Assembly (NCBI GenBank): GCA_051362555.1
Contig: CM120641.1
Coordinates: 29,828,401-29,892,400 of the forward strand
From: Lingula anatina
Lineage: Eukaryota > Animalia > Brachiopoda
Direction: 5' to 3'
Length of the DNA: 64,000 bases
The stretch's first letter is position 1. The number at the start of each line of letters is the position of its first letter. The notes under the pieces are model-generated. The model did no database searches. It was given only the letters and a program-made list of their open reading frames with translations, and was not told the origin of the DNA. The position numbers and the translations under genes are program-made. Of the stretch, positions 37,378 to 50,500 are shown in pieces.

Positions 37378-39287
37378 ATGTGACTTTCATAATATTTTTA
37401 CAGCAATTGTTAAAAGTACAAATACAGGACAATGATTTTTTAAAAATTAACGCAAATTATTACATTTTCATATTATAGTAGGAGAAGCATTCACATATAC
37501 TGCATTATCAGAGATTTTTTGGAAACCCTTTTTTATGAAATCTGTCTTTGTACATATGCTTAATTCAAGTACATATTTTTTATAATTTTCAAAGAAATTG
37601 TTTACAAAGCTTAAATTTGAACATAATTGTTCTGGTGATTGAAGTAACCTTATTTAATAAACGACCATTCTTAGCGCTACTGCATGTTGAGAGAAGTAAT
37701 TATGCCACTGTGTTATTAAAAAATCTTTAAAAATGCAACAGTATAACAATGAAAACAAAGGAATGTTAATTTTTCATATTTTCGACACAAACAGTTCAGT
37801 ATTAAGGTACTGGCCATTATAACACCAGAAGTCATGAGAGATGTGGATGGTCTTGGAATTTTAAGGCCTTAGACTGGGTTCTCATGCCTAGATCAATCTA
37901 ACTGGATCGACCCATCTCCAAGGGGTTTCTCACTAAAGTGCTTTTAGCTTGAACGGCTTATATGTCTGGCATGCCTACTGGACCCGCTAAACAATAGTTA
38001 ATTACCCTCTAACAGCTTCAGTGGGTGTGCGAGACATCTAAGCCGCTGAAATTGATAGCAATTTAGTGACAGCCCCTTTGGTGATAGATCGATCCAAAGT
38101 TAGTACTATAGCCTCTAGGAATGGTCTCGTATTATTTTAATGTAATCATCTACAGAGTATTTCCTACTGGGGCAGTAATTTTAAGGGCTTGAAACTATTG
38201 ATTTTTGGCTAATGTACATAGTACTACTTACTAAAGCCATATTTAGAGCATCTACAAAATTTTCTTTTGGAAGCTTGAGCAACCTCTTTGCTTCATCTGG
38301 TGAAGTGGTCCACACAAGGGAACTTTGAGTTTCTGAAAGCTGCAATAACAAAAAAAATCTCTCTCACTCTTCATACATATATATATATATATCTGCACAT
38401 CCACGATACTGGATAACAGCAGTGGGTGATCATCTTTGAAAGTCTGTCAAAATATTCCTATGCATTGGATTATAATGGGGGTGTTTTCACGTGAAAAATG
38501 ATAGATTTGTCTTATTACAAAAAACAATTTTATGTTTGCAAACATTGCTGTATATTTTAAACTTTTTGATTCATAGCTGAAAATGACACTAAAACACTAA
38601 AATACCAGTCCATTTTGCAGCTTTACATTTTGGAAAAGAAAGCTCTCAGAATAGTATTTTCATGTTTTATAGTCATCTCAGGGAGCACTACAGAAAAAAA
38701 AATTGTTCTTCCTCGCAAATTTTAATGGGTGAGGAAAACAGGTTGTTGTGCACTACTATCATTTCCGTTTTCAACTTCAGTACAAAGTATTATCTCCCAT
38801 ACAGGTAAACTATACAAATCATTCAATTTCGGGATTTAAATACCTGAAAAACACTCTGCTTTTCATAAAACAATCCTGTCATCTGAGCGTGTAATCACAG
38901 ATGTTATGACCCAATCCTGTTTCATTTATTCCAGACTCACATGACAACGAAACTACAGCTAGCGTGTAGTTTCATTTCCCTATTATTAGTATTAAGATTC
39001 GGCCCAGGGACTTAGCGAAAAAGTGGAGATGGACTTAAAGCCTCTGTTCTATAACTACTATGTTGTGTATGTTATAAACACCCCCTTCCCTTAAACCTGT
39101 TTCAAACACCTGTCTAAACCATGCTTCCTACAAATATTGTTTTACAAAAACAATAATTTTTTTTAAAAAATAAAAACTAGTGGAAACACAAGGCACTTAC
39201 AGGAAGTACTGCCACTGGTCCTGTAGGAAGAAACCTTTGCCATGCAACAACATTTTCTGTTGGCTGAAAATATAAATGTTACCTTTA

Positions 39288-39367
<80 letters not shown>

Positions 39368-42300
39368 GGTGGCTCAAAAAAAAAAAAAAAAAAAAGCTTT
39401 TTAAACTGAAATTCTGTAATGAGTTTGATAAACTATCACCGGACAATCCTGATAAGTGTTTAAGTGAAACAGTTTTGAGAAACAGATTTCAAATCAAAAA
39501 CACATTTATTTACAGGTATCAAAACTGCCAGACACTGACACATGGGCAAGCACGGTATATCATCTCAACATGAAATGATAGCACTCTCCCTCGGTTTGCA
39601 TGTGGCTTAAAGGTTTTCTTTTTGGTGTGCCAAAACTGACAAAGGTAGTCATGAAATTTTGAGTTCTTATTAAAACATCACTTTCCTAGAATATACCAAA
39701 TTTCATAGCAATATCTTCAAAACTGTTGAAGTTATTGAACTTAGAAATTAGTAATGCTTTTTTAGACATCTGATATATATACACCTCGTATGACAAGTTA
39801 TCAGTTTTCCTAAATTAAAAGAAAGTAAGTGCAGATTTTTTTCATCCCCAAGTCTAATAACAATTAAATGCTAAAAATTGGCACATGTCAAAATTTCAAC
39901 TTTATTTCTATTTGTTTAAGTAGACATTACCTCTGCAAAATGCAAAGTTGACACTAGTCCCCACTGCTCATAGTCCCATTGTAAGGTATGGATATTTGCT
40001 TGCTTTCTTACAAGTGAGTTAAAGCCATCTGCACCAATCTGAAAAAGTACATTTCCCAAGTAAGGGAATTATGTAAAAGCCAAAATTATATTATACAAAT
40101 CACATATCTTATATTACAACAATAATATTTATTAATAGAATACAGGATTATTACACAAGCAAAATGCTGTTTATTTTCCTAGCAATCTCAACAGGTTTCT
40201 TGTACTACTCAACCATGCATCACAATCAGGGATTTTAAATTTAGTAAAAAAATTCCATCACATCAACAGACTCCTATTCCCAATTATAAAATGACCATCC
40301 AGATAATGGAATAAAACTGAAAGTTTGTGCTTTTCCCAGCACGCAGGGGCATAAAAATTGCCAGCTGCCATGCACTGGTATGTAGGGTTTGCTATAATGT
40401 ATTCAATGTGTGAGGCAGATGCACTCAGCTATCAGTGGTATACAGTACCACCATAAACACAATCAGGGAGCATTCAGATAGACACTTGTACTAGTTGGGT
40501 TGGTCTAACTCTGCAGGGACTCTCCTTAAGTGCAACTGGTTTAATTGAATGGCATGTCTCCTTGAGCAGCAAGGGGGTAATTAACTTTTGTGTCCACTCA
40601 GCTTAATTAACCCCTAGCTGCTTATGGAGGCATGTCAAATAATTAAGCTGATTTGACTGATTGCACTTAGTGAAAGTCCCCCACAGAGTTGAACCCACCC
40701 ATCTAGTGCAATGTGTTCATCTAAATGGGGTCATAGATGATAACTGATAAAAGAAAATATGCTTTAAGGACATACTCCGTTTCCCAAAATCAGACTAAAA
40801 ATTCTTTTATATAATACTGATTTTACACATTTATCATATAATGTTCATGGACTTCATTTGTGTTCAGAGAGAGAGTATGGCCGGTTTGTGCATGATTACT
40901 ACAAAGAGTGTGGTCATTTTATTTCCAATCATCCCTTTATATTTTATCACTACTAAATGTTAACTTACACCAATTTTAACTGGACCTTTGAAATCAAGAC
41001 TGCCCAAAATTGTATAAAAATTCCTATTAAAAATCTGTCACGATTGTTCTTTATACCTTACTCAATAACTACACCAAATTGGGTAATTTTATCTGCAGTG
41101 GTTACAGAGTTATCCTCTTAATAATCTGGCACAACTTCTGATTTGTTCCATAAACTGGGTTTTTGAACAGCATTTTAGAGCTCTTCAGCACTTATGATCC
41201 ATTATGGAGAATGATTTAAGTTTTCAAGTATTTTTATAAATACATTTATAACATGGGTCAGCCAATTACCAGTAATTTTGTTTGAAAAGTTTCCCCATCT
41301 GGTAGATGAACCTTTATCCAAAGGTTCTCCTGTACTCCATCTTGTATTTGGCTTGGGAAAGTGTACATTTCTGCTTTAGAATTGTACATAACAGTCACAT
41401 TATGTTTTATCTTGTCAAACTGTTTCATTATTGCTGCCAGTATAACATCATTCTCTACAATATATGCCACATCATCTGTCATGTCATCATGATTTAGTGT
41501 TATAAAAGCATCCGAACAAGCATCCCACACCTGGAAAAAATTGATAACAAGAATTCATTAAAATTTTAATGATATTTATAGCATAAATGCAATACAACAT
41601 TGAAAAACATTAGAGTATCAATTGTTGAATTCTAATATTAAACAAGTCAGCAAAGCTGTCAACTGTATAGACATAATGGAGAAAATACTGAAGCTAGTGC
41701 ACAATAATATAGTTATTAGGCAATTTTCATACAGTAATATATAGTTTTAACAGCATAATCACTGCTGAATTTTAATTATATACCACAGGTTACATGAACA
41801 TTCAGATTATTTAACTAGCATAAGGCTTAGAACTCCTGGGATTTCAAAGTCAAACACTGAAAATACCAAAGTTTGAAAAAAAAAATTCCAAAAATAAAAG
41901 AAAAATAATCCAACCAGGCTGGTTTACGAACCTGAGCTATATTCAAGTTTGAGTATAATAAATAACATTTGTTTTAAAAATCCTGTTACAGTATTGGCTG
42001 TGCACAAAAATAAGGTTTGTCAATTTTGATGCAATATTACATAATGTTTAAAAGCATAATCACCACCAATTTTTAATCGTGTACTATTCGCAACATGACC
42101 ATTCAGAAAATGTACATTGCATAGTGCTTCAAGCCCATGGGATTACACAGTCTGAAAATTTTCTTGCATCGGGAATTTGAAAAAAAAAATTTTTTTTTCA
42201 GTAAATAATTTACCCGCACTTTCTATTACTGGTCTATTCTTTTAAATCTTTTAAATACTCTGCTTCTGGTGGTAGTGCACAAAAATTGGGTTATTGTCAG

Positions 42301-44945
42301 CTATGATGCAATATTACCTAATGCTTAACAGCATAATCACCACTTTACTTTAATTGTGTTAAATCTTCTAAAAATAATTAGGGTTTCCCATCTATATCTA
42401 TATATGGGTCTAAGAAACTGGTGAAGTTAATGGACTTTTGTTATTATTTCAATACATATATTACACATACATAATGCTATTTGAAGCTTCCATCATCACA
42501 CAAGTTGTCAATCATATAAGATACTGTATGTACAGACACCCTGAACTTCTCCATCAACGATACGATTTGACACAGTGTGTAAAACTTTAAAAAAATATAT
42601 GTCTTTTACCAATCTTTGATACATTTTCTTATACATTTTTGTACACAATGAAAGATTCAAACTCAGTTCATGATCATTGATATAAAAAAGGTGTGCAATC
42701 AAGATGAAAGAATTAGCCATGCAAAACTAACCTGATATTAGGAATCATAAAACATTGTAGTCAGTGTTTGCCTCTTAGGAAAATTAGTTGCTGGACCAGC
42801 CATCTTGAGAAGTAGCTGGCTCGAATGTCTGCCGGGTGGGAAAACTTCTCAGCCCGTTCTGAAAGTTGTCAGCCCCGGACAGACAGTCCAGCCTTAATTT
42901 CTAACACTGACTGTAGTTACTTTCTCTTTATTGAGGCATGTATACTTGATTATTTTCATCCCAATCAGTAATGTGCATATTTCTCTTTACTTCGGCTTCG
43001 TTCACATGCAATGTCTATTTTCTAAATTCCATTTTCTATTCGCGCTATCTTATGATCACGGTCTGTGCACTGAATATCCCGCCGCATAATTACTGACAGC
43101 GCAAGCCAGTTACTTATAGTAACTTATAGTAACTGGCTCGCGCTGCCAGTAATTACGCCGTGGGATATTCAGTGCACAGACCGTGATCATAAGACATACC
43201 GAAAATAGAAAATAGAATTTAGAAAAAAGACATTGCATGTGAACGAAGCCTAATATATGTAGCTATAGTTCTAGCAACATGTGTATTTCTTTACCTGCAT
43301 CCTTTTCACTGGTTGATATCGCATGTTACAAATTTCCTCCCAGGCACCAAAACCTTGTAACAAACATTAAATTATTTGTGAAATAAAAAGTAAAAAGAAC
43401 AGGCATCAAAAATCAGAACAGACATTAACAATATGAAGAAACATAAACTTACTGAAATTCTACTAATTTATAAAGTTTTCAGCATTTCTTTTAAGAACAT
43501 CATTATACACTGTGGATTATTCTTTAAGAAAACAAATGCCACCAGCTTAAAATCATTAAATTAAACTAAACAGACCTACCACAAATGGAATACTTGCTCT
43601 CAATTTGCAAATATCAAAGCTTTTCAATCTCACAACATGTGATATTTCTTAAATCCAAATCACTATTATTACCTACCTGATAGTAATTTCTTCGTTGCTG
43701 GACTTAATGCACATACTCTGTTGCCATATTTTTCAGGCAGTTTAAAATCTTTCTGGGGTGATGCTTCTAGTAAAAGGATCTTCTTGTCTTCAAATACATT
43801 TGCATGGCCTAAAATCAAAGTAATGTGGTTTCAAATGTTTTATTCCAGTACCGCCTACAGTACCTGATGAAAATAAAACAAACTGTTAATGTGATAATGA
43901 TGTTTTAATGTTCTTGGTTTTTGCAGGAGGCTCTGCATCCATCTGTGCAACCACAGTAAAATGGGGTATGGTGTAACAAGTTAAATTCAATAACATCTTT
44001 CCAGTGGCATACATGTAGCTATTTTAAGCCTCATAAAACCCACAATACATTCACTTTCTTGGAATACATGTATCATGTCTTGCTTTGCTATGTAGTTTTG
44101 TGCTTTAGTTTTAAGTCTTACAAGAGCTACACATGTAAAGCATTGATCATAACACCCTGTGTTGGAAATTCTCCAGGCTTTATGTGATGTTCCTTACAAA
44201 TGGCATTCATAAATAGCAGACCTAAACCTGAGTCAGCCATCATGTCCAGAGATCCATGTATGTTTTCAACAAGAAATGGTTTTGAAAGTGTTTTTGGAAA
44301 ACACAATTGTAGTCTTTATTTTTTTCTATTTATGATAACGGATGTTAAAATCAATGACTGATATATTTTTTTAGTCATGTCACTATGCATATGACACATT
44401 AGATATTTTCTTTCTATAATTTTACAGGTGCACTGTAAGCATCTATGGATCCTGTCCCAGCAAAGATGACAGCACTATCTTCAGAACTTCAGTCAAGCAG
44501 GGTAAGTGAGCATCCTGGGTTCAATCCCCAGTCGGGTCAGACATTTCCCCCAAAATGCTACAATAGTTTAATTATAATTTTTAAAAAAGCGAGTGGACCT
44601 TAAAAAAGGTACAAGTACATTACATGTACAGTTCATTGCCTCTAAAGAATAACATATCACAAACAATTTATATTGCACTGCCTTTTTAAAACATGTATTT
44701 GAAAATCATTTGAAAAACAATGCCTCATATGAAAAAGAAAACGAGAGTTGATAACCTAGAGCACAGGCCATTGCAGCCCCAACCATTCCTCCGCCAGAAA
44801 TGACAACATCAAACAACTGGCTATTGTCATCTTTTGTAAGGGTGTCTGAGGAGGAGAAGCTCCGACATAATACCGATATTGGCGTCCGTTTTGAGGTATA
44901 TTTAAGAAACCTTGATAGACATCGGTTAAGATGAAAGGTTGTCAT
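33187..44945 (-). CDS. COQ6: Ubiquinone biosynthesis monooxygenase COQ6, mitochondrial
   Basis: Twelve exons: 44945-44756, 43808-43677, 43353-43295, 41530-41270, 40038-39931, 39263-39201, 38339-38232, 37113-37035, 36576-36453, 36216-36101, 34806-34640, 33216-33187. Motifs: [66 protein letters not shown]. Arg/Ser-rich N-terminal targeting peptide. Confidence 0.96.
39289..39365. repeat. (TA)n microsatellite
   Basis: Uninterrupted TA run. Confidence 0.95.
39365..39773. mobile_element. Degraded Tc1/mariner-like non-autonomous element
   Basis: Imperfect TIR tctggtggctcaaaa vs ttttagacatctga, TA flanks, and a subterminal ataccaaatttcat motif. Confidence 0.45.
42762..42909. mobile_element. 148-bp hAT-like MITE
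   Basis: CAGTGTT...AACACTG termini. 8-bp flanks attgtagt / actgtagt (one mismatch). Confidence 0.75.
42994..43250. mobile_element. Palindromic Harbinger-like MITE (copy 2)
   Basis: Near-identical to 7240-7496. Right flank TAA, left flank TTC. Confidence 0.88.
44089..44501 (+). pseudogene. Rearranged, diverged copy of FAM161 exon 1 end, intron 1, exon 2 and start of intron 2, inside COQ6 intron 1
   Basis: 44191-44500 aligns to 46870-47165 (ctaaacctgag, tgtccagag, attgtagtc, atgtcacta, ttacag, gcatctatggat, ccagcaaagatgacagc). 44089-44190 aligns to 47174-47283 (tcataacaccctgtgtt). The exon copy has an in-frame TAA. Confidence 0.8.
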
Positions 44946-45223
44946 TTTCTTGCATATCGTTTGACGCAAAGCCTCGACAGCACAGTTGCTCTTTTCTGAT
45001 TAGAGGGCGAGAAGGTGCTCGTCATGTAAGCTCGCACCAAATTATTGATTGCATAAATATTTTTTTAATTGTTTTATCTCACTGCAACACTGCTGAAAAA
45101 TCATTATGTATTTGGATTTGTGTATCAATAATTGGATCACAGAGATTATAAATGATTTACTATCGATATTTACTTTGAGTCCGGTCCTATTGCGGCATAT
45201 TTTCAAATGTTGACGATGGCAAC
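44946..45223. promoter_or_regulatory. Bidirectional COQ6/FAM161 promoter with a candidate RFX X-box
   Basis: Only 261 bp separate the divergent ATGs. GTTGACGATGGCAAC at 45209-45223 resembles GTNRCC-N0-3-RGYAAC. Confidence 0.65.
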
Positions 45224-48200
45224 AAGTCACGGTTTAGCAGTGCTCACAAATTCTTGCGTTAAACCCCCACTTGATTCCAAGACTGGTCTGCCCACAACGG
45301 TCCATGAGCGTGGTGCATCATCCTTTAGCCATACCTGGGATGAAAAACCACATGAATCGGAGAGTGAGCCGGAAGATGACATAAAAAATGCAACATGGAA
45401 AAGGGACACTGGCTATCGCACACAAGCTAGTCCAAGGGTAGACCTGACTGCAACGGATCCTCTAATTGAAAGTTTAACAAACGATCTCAGTAACTTATCA
45501 GACGAAGATTTTTACCGAAAGTTACAGGAACTCAAGTCAGAGCACAAGAAAACCCTGTCTTTGTGCAAAAGTTTGTACGATGAAAAATTGCAAGCAGAAA
45601 GTTTTGAGCACGTTACGGGTAAACCTCCTTATGAGATAACAGGTAGATACCACACCAGACCAGATGGGTCAAGATATAGTGATGAAATTAATGCAGTGCC
45701 ACCATCTGTACATAAAGTTTTCCAAGGGGACAATGTGCGTGATATGTCATCCAAACCACCAGCACCCCCAACAAGGCCTAAAACTAGTCATGGAAGAATG
45801 TCTATGTCACATAGTTCATCATTGAAAAAGGCCTGGGCAGATGAAGACAAGAATCTAAATGACAGGTTCCTGAATAGTAATACAAATGAAAATAAAAGCT
45901 TCCAAAGGCAAAACCAACCAAACCTTCCTGTTGCAAATGATTCTTCAATGTCGCAAATAGAAGATATGTGGGAAAATTTTTCAGTTGAAGATTATGCTCC
46001 AAGAGAAAGAACAAATTCAATGTCATCAGGCATATCTTCAACATCATCAAGGCAGAAAGTAGAGTCATCTGGTAAAGAATGGAGACATAGGATAACCATT
46101 CCAAAACCATTTAAAATGATGCTGAGGGATAATGAAAAGCCGAAAAAGAAGACGTCTGCAATGATAGCGCTTGAGAATGAAATAGAGGAGAAGAAAAGAA
46201 AGGAGGAGGAAGAGTGTCAGAAGAAATTCAAAGCACAGCCGGCACCAGCACACATCTATGTACCTCTTTTTGATGAAATTATGGAAGAGAAAGAAACACG
46301 CAGAAGAGCTATTAAAGATCTGAGTTCAGAAATTGTAAATTCCATGATTCAGCCTTTTAAATTTTCTATCCGCGAAGAAGAGAAAAAGAGGCAAAGATCT
46401 CAATCAATTCCAAACATTCCTGTTAAGAAAGAAAAGAGCAAGTTTAAAGCACGTCCCATTCCAAAAGAGGTTTTTGATGAGTCTATAATGGAAAAAATTG
46501 CTGAAGAAGAAGAGTACAGAAAGATAAGAATAAAGATGAGAGCTGAAGAGATGTTAAGGTCTGCATCTTTACCACGTAATATGGAGAGCAGAAACAAAGC
46601 CCTTGCACAAACAAGATCCAAAGTATGGTCATCAAAGGCTAAAGAGCTTGGTTTAAGCACCAGTCAAAGTTTTAAACCAAAGATCAACCCGGATGTACCA
46701 AATTTTGAGGAAAAACATTGGGAGCTTCAACGTGAGCTTTCCAAAAGAAAGTTAGAGAAAGACGCCACTGTATGCAAACCATTTAACTTGCGTACATCAC
46801 GCATACCATCCAAGAAAAATAAAGTATATGAAGATATGCAGAAAGATGAAGAGACTTTGAAAGAAAACAGATGGCCATATAAAAACCCAAGAGCTAAACC
46901 TGAGCCAGTGAGATTGTCCAGAGGTAGGTTTTTCAAGTGGGAATGCTTTTGAAGGTATTCTTTAAAAATTATTGTAGTCCTTATTTATTCTTTTCATGAT
47001 AAAACATGAAAAAAATCAGAAACTGATATCTTACCTTTTCTGTGTTATGTCACTACACATATGACATTATTATAAGATCTTCATATTATTTTACAGGGGC
47101 ACTTTCTGCATCTATGGATACTATTCCAGCAAAGATGACAGCTTCATCAGAACTCCGGTCAAGTGCTAATAAGTATGTGGTTTATTTGCCTCACTAGAGG
47201 CAGTTTTTAGCTTTACATGCTACGTAAGACCTCATAACACCCTGTGTTAGAAACCTTCAAAGCCAGGTTTGATGTCACTTACATGCAAGTAGAGTGCAGA
47301 AGTGGTAACAATACTGCATAGCTGGAATAAAAAGACTTGGAACATTATCTAATCATGCATGAATCAATACAACTTACATTACATTACATTCATCATGACA
47401 TTTTAAAAGGTGCAATGGAGGACACACAATTACCCCAGGATGTGAGTATTTATAGGCTTGAGAATTCATAACACAGGGTGTTATGAGGACTTACCTACAG
47501 TACATCCTGGGCGAACAGTCCAATTAATTTTTTTTAATCCGCTTAAATGAATAACGTGGTGTATACGGTAAGCTAATTTGAGCTGATGATGTAACAGCTG
47601 TATTTTTGTGTTGAAAATTATACTTTCAGTTTCTAACAGATCTCCCTCACCTGAATAGCTACCAACACAATTTTAATGTCTATTTAATCATAACAATAAG
47701 TTATACAACCTTGTCCCAGGGTATTTTTTTAAACGCTTACTTCTGGTTTTATCGATGAAAAGCAAAAAAAAAAAAACTTTGTTCGATGGAATATTGTAAT
47801 AAGAGCCTCATATCTCCCAAACAAAACACATTTAAAGGAAATGCTGGCACTGGGTTGTATTTCACACCCTTGTCATCAACCATGTCAATTTTCATGATGA
47901 TATCTGACTTTGTTGCAGAGTTCAGGGGAAGCCAATCACTATCTTACACCAATTTACAAAGTAGTTAAACTGATGATAAAAGTAGTAGCATATAGGGTGG
48001 TAAATTTAAAACAGTAAAAAAAAGGAATTTTTGCTTTTAGACTATATATGTGTGTAATTTTATTGCACTAATATCTAGATAAGTATTTTATATAAAAGAA
48101 ATGGGATTTTGATCGATTAAAGCATCAATCTCCCTTTAATTGAGGTTTCTATGTTCTAAATGAGTGGGAGGCCTACAAAAATTTCATTTGCCTTGACACA

Positions 48201-50500
48201 AAACATAAATTAGAGGCTTTATCAATTGGTTCTACAAGCAGCACACCACTCTTGAAGCACTGAAGCATGTTTTTGAAAAAAGGTGTGCCCAGGCCTTAGA
48301 TGCGGGTGTTATATCTTTATAGAGTAAGCAGTATGCTGTGTGTTTATGTGTTATGTATTGCTTCAGACTAAATCTAAATTTTAAGAGGTGTACATATATT
48401 TAATTACACAGGGAGAAGATGAGCACCATGATCAAGAAAGAACTGGAGGAACTTGAGAATGAAAGAAGACGACGCCAAAGGGAACGTCAGTTGAAAAAAA
48501 TGGTAGCAGAAAGGGCAGCTGCAAATGATCGATCTGTGCCTCTTAAAGCTTGCTCAAAGGAAAAGCTAAAAGGATACAAGTATGTTTATCTCGTTGTTAT
48601 ACAGTAAGCACTATTCACTACAATGGGCCTTTTTGTGTACAAACACAGATGTGTCTGTACATAGAGCTGTCATCTGCATCTGTTTTCACTGTTTATGTAC
48701 ATTTTCATGGATAACATGATATGTGGAAAACTGTTTGACTTAGAGAACTGAAGAATATTCATAAAATACAGGTCAGGTTAATTGGACCAATTTTCAAAAT
48801 TTATGCTGTTTGTTGTTCTTTCAGCATAAATTATACAATTATACTTAATGCAGTACAGATAACACATTGCAAGAAAAACCATTTGACCTTTTTTTTCTTC
48901 AGACTTACAGGAGTGATAAATGTTATTTATATACAGGTGGAGTTTAAAAAATCAGCTTGATCGGACCATGTCTCCAAAAGTTTTTTTTTCTTCAGCATAT
49001 ATTGTATGGTATGCAATGCAGATAATACATAAGCAGAGAACTGGTTGGCTCTTTGTCTTCAGGAGGGATTTAATATTACTAAAATATCAGTTGAGTTTTT
49101 AAAATATCAGCCTATTTGGAATATTTGTCTTGAAGTTATGCTGTTTTTTTTTTTTTTTTAAATTCTCCTCAGAAGCAATGGCTGATCAGACTTAAATTTT
49201 CATTTTTCAAACACTTGCATTTTAAAGATGTGACTTTTCACTCCCATTCACCTATGGGAGAAACGCAATATTTTGTGAACTCTCATGGGCCTTAAGCTAT
49301 ATTCTTATTGTCCATGTTACTTGATGTGCATAATTAAAATTTGGTGTTGATTTTGCTGTTAAGCATTATGTAATATTGTATCAAAATTGACAAAATAACC
49401 TATTTTGTGCATCATTATTTACTGCTTTTTATCTGTACATTTGACAGCTTTGCTGCCTTTTTTAAACTTGCATTGAATAGCATGGATGATATTTTTTTTA
49501 CAGAGAAGCTGACAGAGCAAGGCAGGAGGAATATAGACGTGAAATGAATGAAATAAAAGAAAGAGTTGACAAGAGGCCATTTTTGTTTGAAAGAACAACA
49601 CAGGTAGCTTTCCTTATATTTAAAGCCATATTGTTTTATACTGGCAAATAAAAAAGCAATTTCAATCTTTGTCTGTTCGATACATTTATCTGTTTTATCA
49701 AATCAGTCATTGTGTGCTAAATTAGATTTTTTTTCAGACACTGACTTTAATCCACACACTAAAACAATAATTATACTTTAATCTTCAACATTGTAATTAC
49801 CAGCTTGCCATTTGTTATAACCAGTCCTGTTGGTTTTTAAGGTTCATAGGACTCTGATGATGTAGTTTCTCATCAATAAAATTCACTTCATATTTTATTT
49901 CATTAGTTCTGCCCTAAAGTTGGCAGTTCCAATTTTAGTCTAGTCTTCTCTCTGTCACATCATTTTTATTCCATAGCTAGTTACATCTCTTTCGTACCAT
50001 TGCCCATTTACTTTTTGATTAACATATAAAGCTTGGCTTTTCTGTCTCCTTTCTGTCAATAACAGGTATATATATTTAAAAAAATTAGGTAATTTTTTTT
50101 CTTCACAATGGTGCAAGTACTGGATGCATACTGTATGCATTTTCACAAGAAAAATGATACATTTTCCCAACAAACTGTAAGAGAAATTACAGTGCTGGAA
50201 TAATAATTTAACAAATAATATTGGAATACATTGCATATTTTCCAATAACTTTTATAGGTAAATGCCAGAAAAGCGGCTGAGAGGAAGTATCATGATACAC
50301 TAAGACGTGCAGGAATCGATGAAGAATTTATTGCTGATAAAGGTTCTCACGCTAGGGGATACAGATATGAGGATGATGATGACGATGATGATGATGCCAG
50401 TGACCTGGGCTCCTACAGGGCCACTGTCAAACAAGGTTATGAGGATGATGGGCTGTCCGATGGGGATCGCACACCAGAGGAACAGTCAGACTTGGAATAA
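45207..50500 (+). CDS. FAM161A: FAM161 family (UPF0564) centriolar/ciliary microtubule-binding protein
   Basis: Exons 45207-46923, 47097-47172, 48412-48579, 49504-49603, 50258-50500. Motifs: N-terminal MATSH, RITIPKPFKM, ECQKKFKAQPAP, FKARPIP, FKPKINPDVPNF, TVCKPFNLRT, RPFLFER; acidic tail. Probably a co-orthologue of FAM161A and FAM161B. Confidence 0.92.
48630..49455 (-). mobile_element. Degraded HINE/pearl-like element in FAM161 intron 3
   Basis: Palindrome tgtacaaacacagatgtgtctgtaca at ~48637-48662. The other end, tgtacatttgacagctttgc, is the reverse complement of the family start seen at 6451, 41641 and 55960. Confidence 0.55.

Noticed and set aside
38440-39140. Possible DNA transposon (gggggtgttt / aaacaccccc inverted pair)
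   Set aside because: The inverted match is only ~10 bp and I could not define termini or a TSD.
44503-44561. tRNA-like B box (gggttcaatcccc)
   Set aside because: Only a T-arm-like fragment with no cloverleaf. It is probably the end of a tRNA-derived SINE or LTR, not a tRNA gene.
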